Of a stretch of DNA of 64,000 nt, positions 17,328 to 27,869 are shown in pieces. Under the pieces are notes generated by a model. It was given only the letters and a program-made list of their open reading frames with translations. It had not been told where the DNA came from and did no database searches. The stretch spans positions 1 through 64,000 of IMG/VR virus record IMGVR_UViG_3300035670_000040; one strand, 5' to 3'. Position 1 is the stretch's first letter. Every line of letters begins with the position of its first letter. The position numbers and the translations under genes were made by a program. This stretch comes from a virus.

Positions 17328-18206
17328 ATGTCTTATTATATTCATAATCTTCAATTTCCATTTACAAACACAATATTGAGTTTTAAAGAACTAACATGTG
17401 AACAATCTTATTCATTAATAAGAATAAATAATAATTTTCCAGCTTCTTCTGAAAATAGAACAGATTATCATATTCAACTTGTTAATATATTAAAGGATTG
17501 TATAAAAGAAAAAGAAAATATATATAATCTCAATATTCTAGAATTTTTAATGTTTTGTATAAGAATAAGATCTTTATCCATATCAACTAATGTTGAATTA
17601 GAAGTTGGAAAAAGAGATGATAAGAACGTAAAAATAAATATAAATTTTTATGATCTGATGGCAAATGTTTTTGAATCAACAAATATAATAGAAAAATATA
17701 AAACTATAAATGTAGATGATGTCGAAGTTTCATTAAGCTGGCCTCTATTAAAAGACGAAATATTTTTTCTAAATTCAATAGAAGATGACCAGTTTAAAAA
17801 ATTTGTTAATTCTATTCCTTTATTTGTTGATAAAATTATTATAAAAAATAAAATTTTTGATTTTAAAAATCTTGAGTTTGAACAAAAAAGAACATTAATC
17901 GATTCTTTACCTGTTTCTGTTCAGAATATTATTCAAACAAATATATTATCTCTTTTAAAAGAATTATCAGAAATGACTTTATTTGGTTTAGAAGATTTTA
18001 ATCAATATAAGTTAGAGTTTTATAATGCCACAATACAAGATATTATAAGATTTCTATTTGCTGGTAATGAAGATTCAGAAATAGCAGAGATTTGTTTTCT
18101 TAAAAAATTTAATTTTAATATAAATGAAATTTATAATATGACACCTCAACAAAAAAATAATTATATAAATTATCTTATACAATCAACAAAAGAACAAGCT
18201 ACTTGA
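17328..18206 (+). CDS. Baseplate hub assembly protein (gp26/gp51-like)
   Basis: FKELT, FLMFCIRIRSLS, and a C-terminal EIYNMTP..YINYL gp51-like segment. Confidence 0.55.
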   Translation: MSYYIHNLQFPFTNTILSFKELTCEQSYSLIRINNNFPASSENRTDYHIQLVNILKDCIKEKENIYNLNILEFLMFCIRIRSLSISTNVELEVGKRDDKNVKININFYDLMANVFESTNIIEKYKTINVDDVEVSLSWPLLKDEIFFLNSIEDDQFKKFVNSIPLFVDKIIIKNKIFDFKNLEFEQKRTLIDSLPVSVQNIIQTNILSLLKELSEMTLFGLEDFNQYKLEFYNATIQDIIRFLFAGNEDSEIAEICFLKKFNFNINEIYNMTPQQKNNYINYLIQSTKEQAT

Positions 18207-18239
18207 TTTTTAATTTTTTTTATTAATTAAAGTAATAAA

Positions 18240-19055
18240 ATGAGCGATAATACAAATATTTCATTTAACGAACTACTTAAAGAATTAACAACTCTAACTA
18301 ATACATTTGTTATAGATATAAAAATTCCTTCTTTAAATCAAACTGTTCAATTTAAAGAACTTAATACTAGACAACAAAAAAAGTTATTAGAAACAGTAAC
18401 CGATACTTCGGTTTATAAAACTGAATTTTCAAAGGTTTTTTTAGATATTATAAAAGAAAATTTAATAACCGAGAATATCGATGCAGACAATTTTACTATT
18501 TATGATAAAATTGCTATTGGTATTTTTTTAAGATCAAAAATTTCAAAAAGTCTAAATGTTATTTTTAACGAATCTCCTGTATATACTGAAAATATAGATA
18601 TATCTCCGATTATAGAAAAAATAAAATTATATATTCACCCTGTATCTGAAAGTTTTAATATAGTTAAAAATGATTCTGTTTTGAGTGTTGAACTAAGTGT
18701 TCCTACTATATCTTTGGAGGCAAAGTACGAATCAGAAATTACAAAAACAACTAAAAAAATGGAAAATATCAAGAATATTAATGAAATGGGAACTGTCCTA
18801 TCTGATGTTTTTATTGGAGAAATTTCCAAATTTATTAGTAAAATTACATTTAATTCACAAGAAATTGATTTTAAAAATTTTACAATTAATCAAAGAATTA
18901 AATTTTGTGAAGTTTTAACTGCGGATTTAACTCAAAATATACTTGAAAAGATATCTGAATGGAAAAAAACATTAGATGATATTATAGAAGTTTCTTCAAA
19001 AGATGGAAGTTATAAGAAAGTATTATCATTAGATAATTTATTATTTTTAATGTAA
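18240..19055 (+). CDS. Baseplate hub subunit (gp26-like paralog)
   Basis: IKIPS..VQFKELNTRQQKKLL, FTIYD...FLRSKIS. Confidence 0.6.
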   Translation: MSDNTNISFNELLKELTTLTNTFVIDIKIPSLNQTVQFKELNTRQQKKLLETVTDTSVYKTEFSKVFLDIIKENLITENIDADNFTIYDKIAIGIFLRSKISKSLNVIFNESPVYTENIDISPIIEKIKLYIHPVSESFNIVKNDSVLSVELSVPTISLEAKYESEITKTTKKMENIKNINEMGTVLSDVFIGEISKFISKITFNSQEIDFKNFTINQRIKFCEVLTADLTQNILEKISEWKKTLDDIIEVSSKDGSYKKVLSLDNLLFLM

Positions 19056-19092
19056 TTCTTTTTAATTTTAATATTTTGTCATAAATAGTATT

Positions 19093-22053
19093 ATGGCAAC
19101 AGATGTATCGGGAATAGTTTCTGAAATTCAAAAAGTTTTTGGTGATAATTTAAAAAATCCATCAACTATTCTTAATTCGTTTTTTGAATTTTTATCAAAA
19201 AACGATCCAGAAGTTTTATCTATTCAAAAAGAATTTAAAAGGAAATATTTAATACCATTATTAAAATCTTGGGATAAATTAACCAAAGATGTTGATAAAA
19301 ATGCACTTAAAGCATCAGATGTTTTTAATAAACTTGACAAATTCTTCTCTTCTTTTGAACAAGAAACAAAAAATATTATAAATCAAAACAATAAAAAATT
19401 TAATAATACTATTGAAGATATTAAAAATGTTTATTTGAATCAAAATAAATCTGAAAATACTCAACAACCTACAGTTCTTCAAAATAATAGTGATAAAAAT
19501 AGTTATGAAAACATTTTAAATACATCTGATTCACCAACAGAAGAAAAATTAATAGAGAAAAAGACACCAGAAACTATTATTTCTTTCAGCTTACCCACAA
19601 TAAGTTTAATAGATAAGTGGATAAACAAATTATCAAACGATAATGCAGAAAATTTAAAAAGATTAAACCTCGGACAAACAAAACAAGGTAGTATATTGGA
19701 TAATTTATTGGATTTAGCTACGTCTCTTCCTGTATTATTTGCAGCAATTGGTGGTGCATCCGCTCTTGCTGGAATGTTTTGGCCTGAAATCAAAGAATAT
19801 ATTAATGAAAAGTTTGGTGATAAAGCAGCAGAAGTCTTTGATCAGTTTCAAGGAACAGTAAATGGATTAACAAAATTTATATCTATTGGTGGTCTTCAAG
19901 TTACTGTTGGTAAAACATTCCAAACATTAGGTTCTTTGCTTGGTACTGTTGCTGATGACTTTGCTAGTGGTGCTAAAAAAATATTTGGTGGTATTTTTGA
20001 TAATTTATTGGGTGTTGGTGGAACTGCTGCTGCTGGTGCTGCTGATAATGTTGCAGGGGCAGCTATAGGAAAGGGACTAGGTTCTACATTACAAAAAGGA
20101 GCTTCTCTTTTATTCAGAGGATTATCAATAACAGCATTGAGAGCAATTCCATTAATTGGAACTATCATTAGTTTTTCTCAAGCTTGGGGTCGCTTCAAGC
20201 AAGGTGAGTATGCACAGGGTGTAATTGATATTGGTGCAGGACTAGCCGCATTTGTGCCCGGTATTGGTACGGGTCTTTCTATAGGTCTAAGTGTTATGAA
20301 CGCTATTATAGACTTTAAAAGTCCGGAAGAAAAAAAGGAATTAATACAGAAAACATTTAATATTGCCGGAATGTTAACAAAGGGTGTTGGTGTTTATGCC
20401 AAATTAATGGGTGGACCAGTGTTGAAAAGAATTCCCTTTTTAGGATCTTTATTTAATTTCGCAAGTGCAAAAGAAAAATTTGATCAAAATAATATATTAG
20501 GAGGAACATTGGATCTTGCTTCTGGTATTGCTGCTTTTGTGCCCGGTGTAGGATTGCCTGTCTCTATAGGATTAGATATTCTAAGTTCAATTATAGGAAC
20601 ACAAGAAGCAAAAGAAAGTGGTGTTCAACAAACAGGGTTTGATTATGCTAAAATGGCACTAAAAGCTACGAAATTTGTTACAAAATTAGGTAAACCTTTT
20701 TTTAAAAGAATACCTCTTCTTGGAAGTTTATTAAGTTTTGCAGATGCATGGGATAATTTTCAAAATGACAATATATTAGCTGGTTCTCTAGATCTTGTTT
20801 CTGGTGTTGCCAATTTGTTTCCAGGTATAGGAACAGGACTTTCTTTAGGTGTTGATGTTTTAAATACTCTCATGTCAACAAAGGGAGAGGACGGAAAAAC
20901 AAGATTTCAGGCTGTTGGTGATTGGTTTTCTAAAGTTTGGAAGTGGGTAAAAGAAACGCCTGTTATGAAAACCTTTTTTGATCTATATGATGGTATAGAA
21001 GCTGTATTCATGGGTGATATGCCTAGAGCATTTAAAACATTATCAAATATTCCTCTAATTGGTGGAATGTTTGAATCAATAGGAAAAGCATTAAACTTAG
21101 ATACAAAAAATTCTCCTACATTGGAATCATCTAAACCATTTAGAACAAATAATACACAAAAAATAATAGATAATTTACCAACAGAATATAATAAGAAAGA
21201 AGAAGATAAATTAATAGAACAAGACAAAGAACTTATTTCTAAAAGAAAAAAAATAGAAGAAGATAAGGTAAAAACTGAACAACAACCAGTTAAAGATAGA
21301 TCGGAAGCAGATGCTAAAAACAAAAAAATACAAGAACTCAATAAAGATTTAGATAACCTTGTTAACGAAAGACATGATTTACTAATTCAAATTAATAGAC
21401 AAAAAGAATTAAAAGAAGGTAAAAAATTCGAAAATAAAAAACCAAAAGAGGATAATTTATTAGAGAATAATCAATCATTAAATGATAATAATATACAAGA
21501 AGAAGACAATTTAAAATCAAAACTACAAGACAAGGTAAGTCAACTTGCAAAGATACAAAAAGAAAAATCCAGAGATCCAAAAAGATTGGAAAAAATAACT
21601 TCATTAAGAAAAGAGATAGAGGAATTAACAAATTCTGTTCATGCAAATGATTTTGATGAAACTAATATGTTTAATTTACCAGTAAAACAAAAAAACTTTT
21701 CTTATCAACCTAGTTCTGGTCCTAATTTTGGTTCTGGTAAGTATGTTTTTCTTCCTAAAGATGAAAGAATAACATCTTTTAATGATAAAGGACCGATAAA
21801 TGATACATTTAAACAACTTAATAAAAACATAGAAAAGTTAACAGAAAAAATGTTAGGTGTTACAAATGAAATTTCTGCATTGGCACTAAAACAACAAAAC
21901 ATGAATAATAGTCAATCACCAACTATTATAAATAACAACAACACAACTCAGTCAACAAATAAATTGGATATGTCTTCTACTAGAGATCAAAATATGATGG
22001 CAAGATATGATTATATTAGAAACAATTCATATAACAGAACATCATATACATGA
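19093..22053 (+). CDS. Probable tape measure / gp29-like protein
   Basis: 986 aa, Gly/Ala-rich amphipathic repeats, coiled coil, PTIINNNNT near the C-terminus; position in the baseplate module. Confidence 0.65.
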   Translation: MATDVSGIVSEIQKVFGDNLKNPSTILNSFFEFLSKNDPEVLSIQKEFKRKYLIPLLKSWDKLTKDVDKNALKASDVFNKLDKFFSSFEQETKNIINQNNKKFNNTIEDIKNVYLNQNKSENTQQPTVLQNNSDKNSYENILNTSDSPTEEKLIEKKTPETIISFSLPTISLIDKWINKLSNDNAENLKRLNLGQTKQGSILDNLLDLATSLPVLFAAIGGASALAGMFWPEIKEYINEKFGDKAAEVFDQFQGTVNGLTKFISIGGLQVTVGKTFQTLGSLLGTVADDFASGAKKIFGGIFDNLLGVGGTAAAGAADNVAGAAIGKGLGSTLQKGASLLFRGLSITALRAIPLIGTIISFSQAWGRFKQGEYAQGVIDIGAGLAAFVPGIGTGLSIGLSVMNAIIDFKSPEEKKELIQKTFNIAGMLTKGVGVYAKLMGGPVLKRIPFLGSLFNFASAKEKFDQNNILGGTLDLASGIAAFVPGVGLPVSIGLDILSSIIGTQEAKESGVQQTGFDYAKMALKATKFVTKLGKPFFKRIPLLGSLLSFADAWDNFQNDNILAGSLDLVSGVANLFPGIGTGLSLGVDVLNTLMSTKGEDGKTRFQAVGDWFSKVWKWVKETPVMKTFFDLYDGIEAVFMGDMPRAFKTLSNIPLIGGMFESIGKALNLDTKNSPTLESSKPFRTNNTQKIIDNLPTEYNKKEEDKLIEQDKELISKRKKIEEDKVKTEQQPVKDRSEADAKNKKIQELNKDLDNLVNERHDLLIQINRQKELKEGKKFENKKPKEDNLLENNQSLNDNNIQEEDNLKSKLQDKVSQLAKIQKEKSRDPKRLEKITSLRKEIEELTNSVHANDFDETNMFNLPVKQKNFSYQPSSGPNFGSGKYVFLPKDERITSFNDKGPINDTFKQLNKNIEKLTEKMLGVTNEISALALKQQNMNNSQSPTIINNNNTTQSTNKLDMSSTRDQNMMARYDYIRNNSYNRTSYT

Positions 22054-23087
22054 GCAAAATAAGTTTAAAAGAAGTAAGTTATTTAAAAGATAGTGAACTT
22101 TTCACAGTAGATGACGACACAATTGAAACATCTGGTGTTAGAGACATAATCTCAGTATCATCATTTTTGAAAAGAACCAAACTTTTTCCCAAAAAAGCAA
22201 TAGATATTGTAAACGATTTTGATTGGAAAAATAGAGGAATGGACACATCGGAAGTTCCTACTATCACTTTAGAAGAAAGAACCTTGTCCATGTCAGGAGT
22301 TGCTAAAACTCTTGCAAATATATATGACACAGCAAAAGGTATAGTAGATTCTGGCGATTTCAAAGAAGCTTTATCTGATCCATATGGTGTAATGTATCAG
22401 GTTGAGACTCAGGGATCAAACTTTGTATATCATTTTCCTTGGTTGCTGGGTTCTGGTGGAACTATAAGGGGTATTAAAAACACTTGGAATGATATGTCTG
22501 GAAATAGTGCATCGAGTCCTGCTAATAGCGGAGAACCTAGTAAAGCTGAAAAAATTGCTGGATTTGTTGCTGGTTTAGCCGCTGGAGCCGCTTCGCCTGG
22601 TTGGGGGATGGAACCAATATACACATTCTCAAAAACCGAACAATACTCTGTAACAATAAAATTTCCTTTATACAATACAGTTGATATTTCTTCTACTAGA
22701 AGAAATTTTGATTTTGTAAATTTAATAACATTTCAAAATTTAAAAAACAGAACATCCATGGTTACATATATTCCTCCTTCTGTTTATACTGTGTCTTGTA
22801 ATTCTATTGGTGGTTTATATATGCCTATTGCTGTTGTTGAAGATCTTAAAATAGAAAGCATAGGAACTGTTAGAAAAACAGATGAAATAATTCTTGGTCA
22901 AAATTTACTAATACCTGAAGCATATTCTGTATCAATAACACTTAGAGAATTAATATCACAATCAACAAATATTTTTGAGGGTGCTATGGGAGGAAATAAA
23001 GTTGAAGTTTTTTCTGATAGAAATTTGTCTAGTTTAAGAGAAGCTCCAAACCAACCAACAGTAAAACCACAAACCAACCAAGGATAA
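22050..23087 (+). CDS. Baseplate/tail tube cap-like protein (gp48-like)
   Basis: IKFPLYNT, YIPPSVYTV, YSVSITLREL; lies between tape measure and gp53-like gene. Confidence 0.5.
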   Translation: MSKISLKEVSYLKDSELFTVDDDTIETSGVRDIISVSSFLKRTKLFPKKAIDIVNDFDWKNRGMDTSEVPTITLEERTLSMSGVAKTLANIYDTAKGIVDSGDFKEALSDPYGVMYQVETQGSNFVYHFPWLLGSGGTIRGIKNTWNDMSGNSASSPANSGEPSKAEKIAGFVAGLAAGAASPGWGMEPIYTFSKTEQYSVTIKFPLYNTVDISSTRRNFDFVNLITFQNLKNRTSMVTYIPPSVYTVSCNSIGGLYMPIAVVEDLKIESIGTVRKTDEIILGQNLLIPEAYSVSITLRELISQSTNIFEGAMGGNKVEVFSDRNLSSLREAPNQPTVKPQTNQG

Positions 23088-23120
23088 ACCCCCAAACAAC
23101 TTAAAATATCAAACAATATT

Positions 23121-23471
23121 ATGAAAAAAAAAGATATATTAGAAATATCAGATAGTTCATTTAAATTTGAAAATTTTTTCAATGTGTATGAAACCGATAA
23201 AGGATATAGATTCTTTAATTTATTAAAGAATATATCCATATTCCCATCAAATAACAGTGAAGTAGAAGAAGAATATATAGCAGACGGTACAGATACTTGG
23301 TATTCTATTTCTCATAAAATATACGGAACTTTAAATCTTTGGTGGTTGGTTTGTTTATATAATGGAACAATAAATCCATTCAAACCATTAAAATCAAAAA
23401 CTGTATTGAAAGTACTAAAGGGAGAATATGTGGGGTTGGTTTTAAGTGAAATAAAAAAACAAATATTATAA
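23121..23471 (+). CDS. Baseplate wedge protein (gp53-like, LysM-like)
   Basis: DTWYSISHKIYGTLNLWWLVCLYN..NPF. Confidence 0.8.
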   Translation: MKKKDILEISDSSFKFENFFNVYETDKGYRFFNLLKNISIFPSNNSEVEEEYIADGTDTWYSISHKIYGTLNLWWLVCLYNGTINPFKPLKSKTVLKVLKGEYVGLVLSEIKKQIL

Positions 23472-23472
23472 T

Positions 23473-25311
23473 ATGCCTAAAAAAATAATAGCTCCTGTAG
23501 ATATTACCAATGAAGAGATGGTTGTTGATGGTGATTTTTTTAAAGGAAATGAAAATCTTTTAAGAGGAAATGCCACATTAAAGTGGACAAAGGAGATGGA
23601 GGAGGACTTGAAACTTTGCAGAAAAAGTATTTTGCATTTCGCTGAAAGTCATTTTTATATTGTTACTCTAGACGAAGGAAAAAGAAAAATAGAACTATAT
23701 AAATTTCAAAAAAGATTATTAAAATCTTTCAAGGCAAATCGATTTAATATTGTATGTGCTAGTAGACAGGTAGGAAAAAGTACTTGTATAACAATGTATG
23801 CACTTTGGTTGGTTTGTTTTTTTGATGATAAAAGAATAACTATTGTAGCTAATAAAGCAGATACTGCTGAAGAAATTTTTGGTAGAATAAGGATGGCATT
23901 TGAAGAACTTCCATTATATCTAAAACCATCGGTTAAATCTTGGAGAAAAAATGGTTTTAATTTAGCTAATGGATCAGCAATACAAGTTAGTACAACATCA
24001 TCAGCTGGTCCTCGTGGTTCTACAAGTAATCTTTTGCTTATAGATGAAATGGCCCATTGTCCAAATGAAGTCATGAAAGAACTTTGGAAATCTGCTATTC
24101 CTATTATTTCGTCTTCTAAAAATTCACAGATAATAGTTATCAGTACTCCTAATGGAACTGATAATAAATTTTATGAATTATATAAAGAAGCACAAAAACC
24201 AAAGAGTGAATGGAATTTAGAGATGGTTCATTGGGAGGACGTACCCGGTAGAGACGAGGCTTGGAAAATATCTACAATAGAACAACTTGGTTCGGAAGCT
24301 GATTTTGAACAAGAATTTGGTAATCAATTTTTTACAAAAGGAAAAACTATTGTAGATCCAAAACTATTAGAGGATTTAAAATCAAAATGTAAGGAACCTG
24401 TTTTGGTTTTAGATGAGGGTTCTTATAAAATTTTTGATTTTCCAAAAGAAAATGATTTTTTTGTAGTAGGTGTGGATGTTGGAGAAGGAATTGGTAGATC
24501 AAATACTGTTGTTCAAATATTGAATGTATCTGATTTAACATCTATAAAACAAGCAGCAATTTATGTTAATAATCAAATAAGTCCATACCATTTTGGAACA
24601 AGATTGATGGGTATACTTGATGATTGGGGTAGACCTCCTATTTTAATCGAAAATAATAATAGCGGTCAACAAGTATTAGACGTTTTAGGTAAAATCCACA
24701 ATTATGAAAATATAGTATCATATTATAGTGAAGGTATGAGTAAGCAGTATAAAAACGAAAATAGATTAGGTATTCATAACCATACAAACACAAAATATAG
24801 AGGTACTTCTAATTTTAGATATTGGGTTAATTCTTTAAATGCAATTTCTTTTTATGATTTAGATACATTACTGGAAATAAATAATTTTATTCAGCATCCT
24901 AATTACACATACAGTAAAAGAACGAATGATGATTTTGATGATAGAGTATTTGCATTAATTTGGGCTATGTTTATTTTAGAACCATCGGTTGTTGAGAGGT
25001 ATTTTTATGTTAATAACTTAGATGAACAAGGAAGACCTCTATTAATAAAACCTTTTGTGAATAATTCAGATTTATTAAAGAAAAGTTCTCTTTTTTCTGG
25101 TAAAGGAAGTGTTTATAGAAAGACCGAGAATAATCATAGACCTATGAATTATATAGGTATGGATGAAAATGATGGAACAGATCCCAATGAGTCATTGGAT
25201 CTTGTATTTTGGCTTAATAATTTGTGGGAAAGGGATTCAAGTATAAATAATACAGGAGAAAATAAAAATAAAGATTCTGAAGAATCACAGAATCCTATAT
25301 TTCTTTTTTAA
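23473..25311 (+). CDS. Terminase large subunit (gp17-like)
   Basis: SRQVGKST Walker A, LLIDEMA Walker B, ISTPNG, FEQEF, GVDVGEG, DDRV nuclease motifs. Confidence 0.96.
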   Translation: MPKKIIAPVDITNEEMVVDGDFFKGNENLLRGNATLKWTKEMEEDLKLCRKSILHFAESHFYIVTLDEGKRKIELYKFQKRLLKSFKANRFNIVCASRQVGKSTCITMYALWLVCFFDDKRITIVANKADTAEEIFGRIRMAFEELPLYLKPSVKSWRKNGFNLANGSAIQVSTTSSAGPRGSTSNLLLIDEMAHCPNEVMKELWKSAIPIISSSKNSQIIVISTPNGTDNKFYELYKEAQKPKSEWNLEMVHWEDVPGRDEAWKISTIEQLGSEADFEQEFGNQFFTKGKTIVDPKLLEDLKSKCKEPVLVLDEGSYKIFDFPKENDFFVVGVDVGEGIGRSNTVVQILNVSDLTSIKQAAIYVNNQISPYHFGTRLMGILDDWGRPPILIENNNSGQQVLDVLGKIHNYENIVSYYSEGMSKQYKNENRLGIHNHTNTKYRGTSNFRYWVNSLNAISFYDLDTLLEINNFIQHPNYTYSKRTNDDFDDRVFALIWAMFILEPSVVERYFYVNNLDEQGRPLLIKPFVNNSDLLKKSSLFSGKGSVYRKTENNHRPMNYIGMDENDGTDPNESLDLVFWLNNLWERDSSINNTGENKNKDSEESQNPIFLF

Positions 25312-25313
25312 AA

Positions 25314-25934
25314 ATGAACCAATCTATTTTAAATAAATCAAGAAATGATAAATTCGCTCTTTTGTTTGGATTACCTGTTGGTATAAAACAAAAGATTGAC
25401 CCTGTTTTAATGAGCGATTTTAATGACAGTAAGGTGGAATTAAGTATATTTGGATTATCTGTTCCTGATATAACAATTCCACCTATATCATTAGGATTTA
25501 GTGGTCAAACATATAAAACAAGTTCTTTTTCAAGACCAGATTTCAGTCCATTAGAAGTAAAATTTTTTATAGATAATGGATATCATAATTATTATATTTT
25601 ATGGAAATGGTTAAATGAATTTAATGATTCAAAATATTCCACAAGTGATATAGTTACTACACAAGAAATACCACATATTGGTGATTCCGATATGGAAAAT
25701 CCATTTTCAGATTATGTAACTAATTTAAATTTAATTGTAATGGATGAATATAATAATAAATTAATGAAAATAATTTATGAAGACGCATTTATAACAAATT
25801 TAGGAGGAATAAGTTATTCACATCAAGATGGAGCAGAAATAATTGGTTCAGTGTCTTTTGCATATAACCAACTTCATATTGAAATGGAACACAATGTGAA
25901 TGATTGTAAAGTAAATTGTCATGACAAAATATGA
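25314..25934 (+). CDS. Tail completion / tube-fold protein (gp3-like)
   Basis: SVPDITIP, PLEVKFFIDN..NY..LWKW, DAFITNLGGISY, SFAY. Confidence 0.68.
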   Translation: MNQSILNKSRNDKFALLFGLPVGIKQKIDPVLMSDFNDSKVELSIFGLSVPDITIPPISLGFSGQTYKTSSFSRPDFSPLEVKFFIDNGYHNYYILWKWLNEFNDSKYSTSDIVTTQEIPHIGDSDMENPFSDYVTNLNLIVMDEYNNKLMKIIYEDAFITNLGGISYSHQDGAEIIGSVSFAYNQLHIEMEHNVNDCKVNCHDKI

Positions 25935-27507
25935 TAAAATTAATGGTGAATTGGTTACTTTAAGAAACCAATTATATAAAATAAGAATAACCATGTATAA
26001 TAACATGGATAAACCTGTTTTTATACCATATAAGGTTGTTATGGGATTAACGATAGAAGAAACCATTATTAATTGGTGGAGCAAGGGATGGATTATTCTT
26101 CAAAATGATTTTGAAGTTTTGGAAAAAGGAGCTAATCCCGATCTTTTCACAGAATCAAAGGATTCTTATAATGAGAATAACTATATTTATAAATTTAGAC
26201 ATGATGGTAGAAATAAAATAAACATAAGAATATCTACAGTATCTGATGATATTCTGGATGAAAAACTTTGGACAATGGATTATGACTTCATTATATATGA
26301 TGTTGAAGATATGGAATCTATAAATTCTGTTAAAAAAGCAAAAAAATTTTATTTTATTGATGAAAGATATCAAATTTTTTCTGAAAGAAATATTCCTTGG
26401 TCAACATCTACACATGGAGATGCAGCAAAATCAGGAACTCCTGTCTGGTCATTACCAGATAGTCAAAGAAAAATGAATCCTTGTGATGCAATAAAATCAA
26501 TAATAAACACAGCATCATGTAATTCATTTGTAACTTCTGTAAAACAAGGTGAAATAAAGGTTGGTTATGATTATGAACACGGATCTATAGATAAACCAGA
26601 CATTCCTTTAAATAATATAAACAATGAGTTGTGGAATAAGGGATATATATCTCCTGATTATAATGTTTTTTACACGTCTCCATCTAATTCAACAGTGATT
26701 GATGACTTAGATTTTATGTTAAACCATGCTGTTGGTGACAAAAAAGATCCTGTTTTTTTAAGGCTTAGTCGATATGATAAAAAATGGGAATTATTATCAT
26801 TAAAAGATTATTTTTTTGAAGCTAAACAACTGGAACAATTATTATTAGATGATGGAATAGCTCCAACATCAAAAGCATACGTAGGAAGAGCATCTTTACA
26901 AAAAGATGATAAAAAAATAATAAACTTTACTTCCCCCAGAGCTTCTTTGATAAGAAATTATAAATTCTCGCAAATGGCTCCAGTTGATGATCTTAGATTT
27001 ACAAACAGACCAATACATATGTTTGATTTTTCGTCAGGAACGTATAATATCCATGCTAAAGATAATAAAATTGAAAGTTTTTATGAAAATTTTAAAGAAA
27101 TATGTACTTCTGGTGGTCTTTATTCTTTTTCTTCTACTAGTGGAAATGGTCAGATTTGGATGAATATAAATAAAACCAAAAAAGAGGGAATTTCTGTAGA
27201 AAATTCATTTTTAACTCAAGGCCCAACTATATTAAATTCTGTTAGGATGGCTAAAGATATGTTGTTTTTAAATCAAAGTTTATATTTTCAAAATGAAGGT
27301 TTAACTCTCCGAACACCGGGTAATTTTATATTCGTAGACAAAGTTGATTCGAGTGATATGAACTTATTTAATGATAAATTTTTAGGGCAATGGTTTATAA
27401 CAAAAGTAATTCATTATTTTGATCAAAATATGTATGTTACAGAAGTTTATTCTAATAAATTTGATTCATCACAAAAACATTGGGATGTTGTTGATAAAAA
27501 ATATTAA
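25921..27507 (+). CDS. Baseplate hub protein (gp27-like, tentative)
   Basis: LTIEE, GLTLRTPG, GQWFITKVIHYF C-terminal hub pattern. Confidence 0.55.
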   Translation: MTKYDKINGELVTLRNQLYKIRITMYNNMDKPVFIPYKVVMGLTIEETIINWWSKGWIILQNDFEVLEKGANPDLFTESKDSYNENNYIYKFRHDGRNKINIRISTVSDDILDEKLWTMDYDFIIYDVEDMESINSVKKAKKFYFIDERYQIFSERNIPWSTSTHGDAAKSGTPVWSLPDSQRKMNPCDAIKSIINTASCNSFVTSVKQGEIKVGYDYEHGSIDKPDIPLNNINNELWNKGYISPDYNVFYTSPSNSTVIDDLDFMLNHAVGDKKDPVFLRLSRYDKKWELLSLKDYFFEAKQLEQLLLDDGIAPTSKAYVGRASLQKDDKKIINFTSPRASLIRNYKFSQMAPVDDLRFTNRPIHMFDFSSGTYNIHAKDNKIESFYENFKEICTSGGLYSFSSTSGNGQIWMNINKTKKEGISVENSFLTQGPTILNSVRMAKDMLFLNQSLYFQNEGLTLRTPGNFIFVDKVDSSDMNLFNDKFLGQWFITKVIHYFDQNMYVTEVYSNKFDSSQKHWDVVDKKY

Positions 27508-27518
27508 GTATTATTAAT

Positions 27519-27833
27519 ATGAATTCTGATTTTTTAAAAAGAAGACTAGAAGAAACGAGACAAAGACAGCTTCAATCATCAAATAAAAATCTTTCTATGC
27601 CATCTATTGGTCAAATGGCAAAAGGTCTAGGAAGAAGTGTTATTAATAATGCTGTTAGTGTTGCACAAGGGAACGATCTTAGATTAACACCAGAAGAAGC
27701 AAATAGAAGATTATCTATTTGCAAGGGGTGTCAATTTTTTGAGTCTTTATCACAAAGATGTTCAAGATGTGGATGTTTTCTTTCTATGAAAACTTATTTA
27801 AAAGCTGAAAAATGTCCTATTGGTAAGTGGTAA
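27519..27833 (+). CDS. Cys-rich protein (DUF6171-like)
   Basis: RLSICKGC...CSRCGCF...KCPIGKW; TAAGTA upstream. Confidence 0.7.
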   Translation: MNSDFLKRRLEETRQRQLQSSNKNLSMPSIGQMAKGLGRSVINNAVSVAQGNDLRLTPEEANRRLSICKGCQFFESLSQRCSRCGCFLSMKTYLKAEKCPIGKW

Positions 27834-27869
27834 ATTAAGTTTTATTATATAAATATCTTATATAATAAT

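Noticed and set aside
23085-23123. In-frame readthrough fusing 22050..23087 to 23121..23471
   Set aside because: The 33-nt spacer is open and in frame, but the stop is TAA and nothing else supports readthrough; plausible by chance
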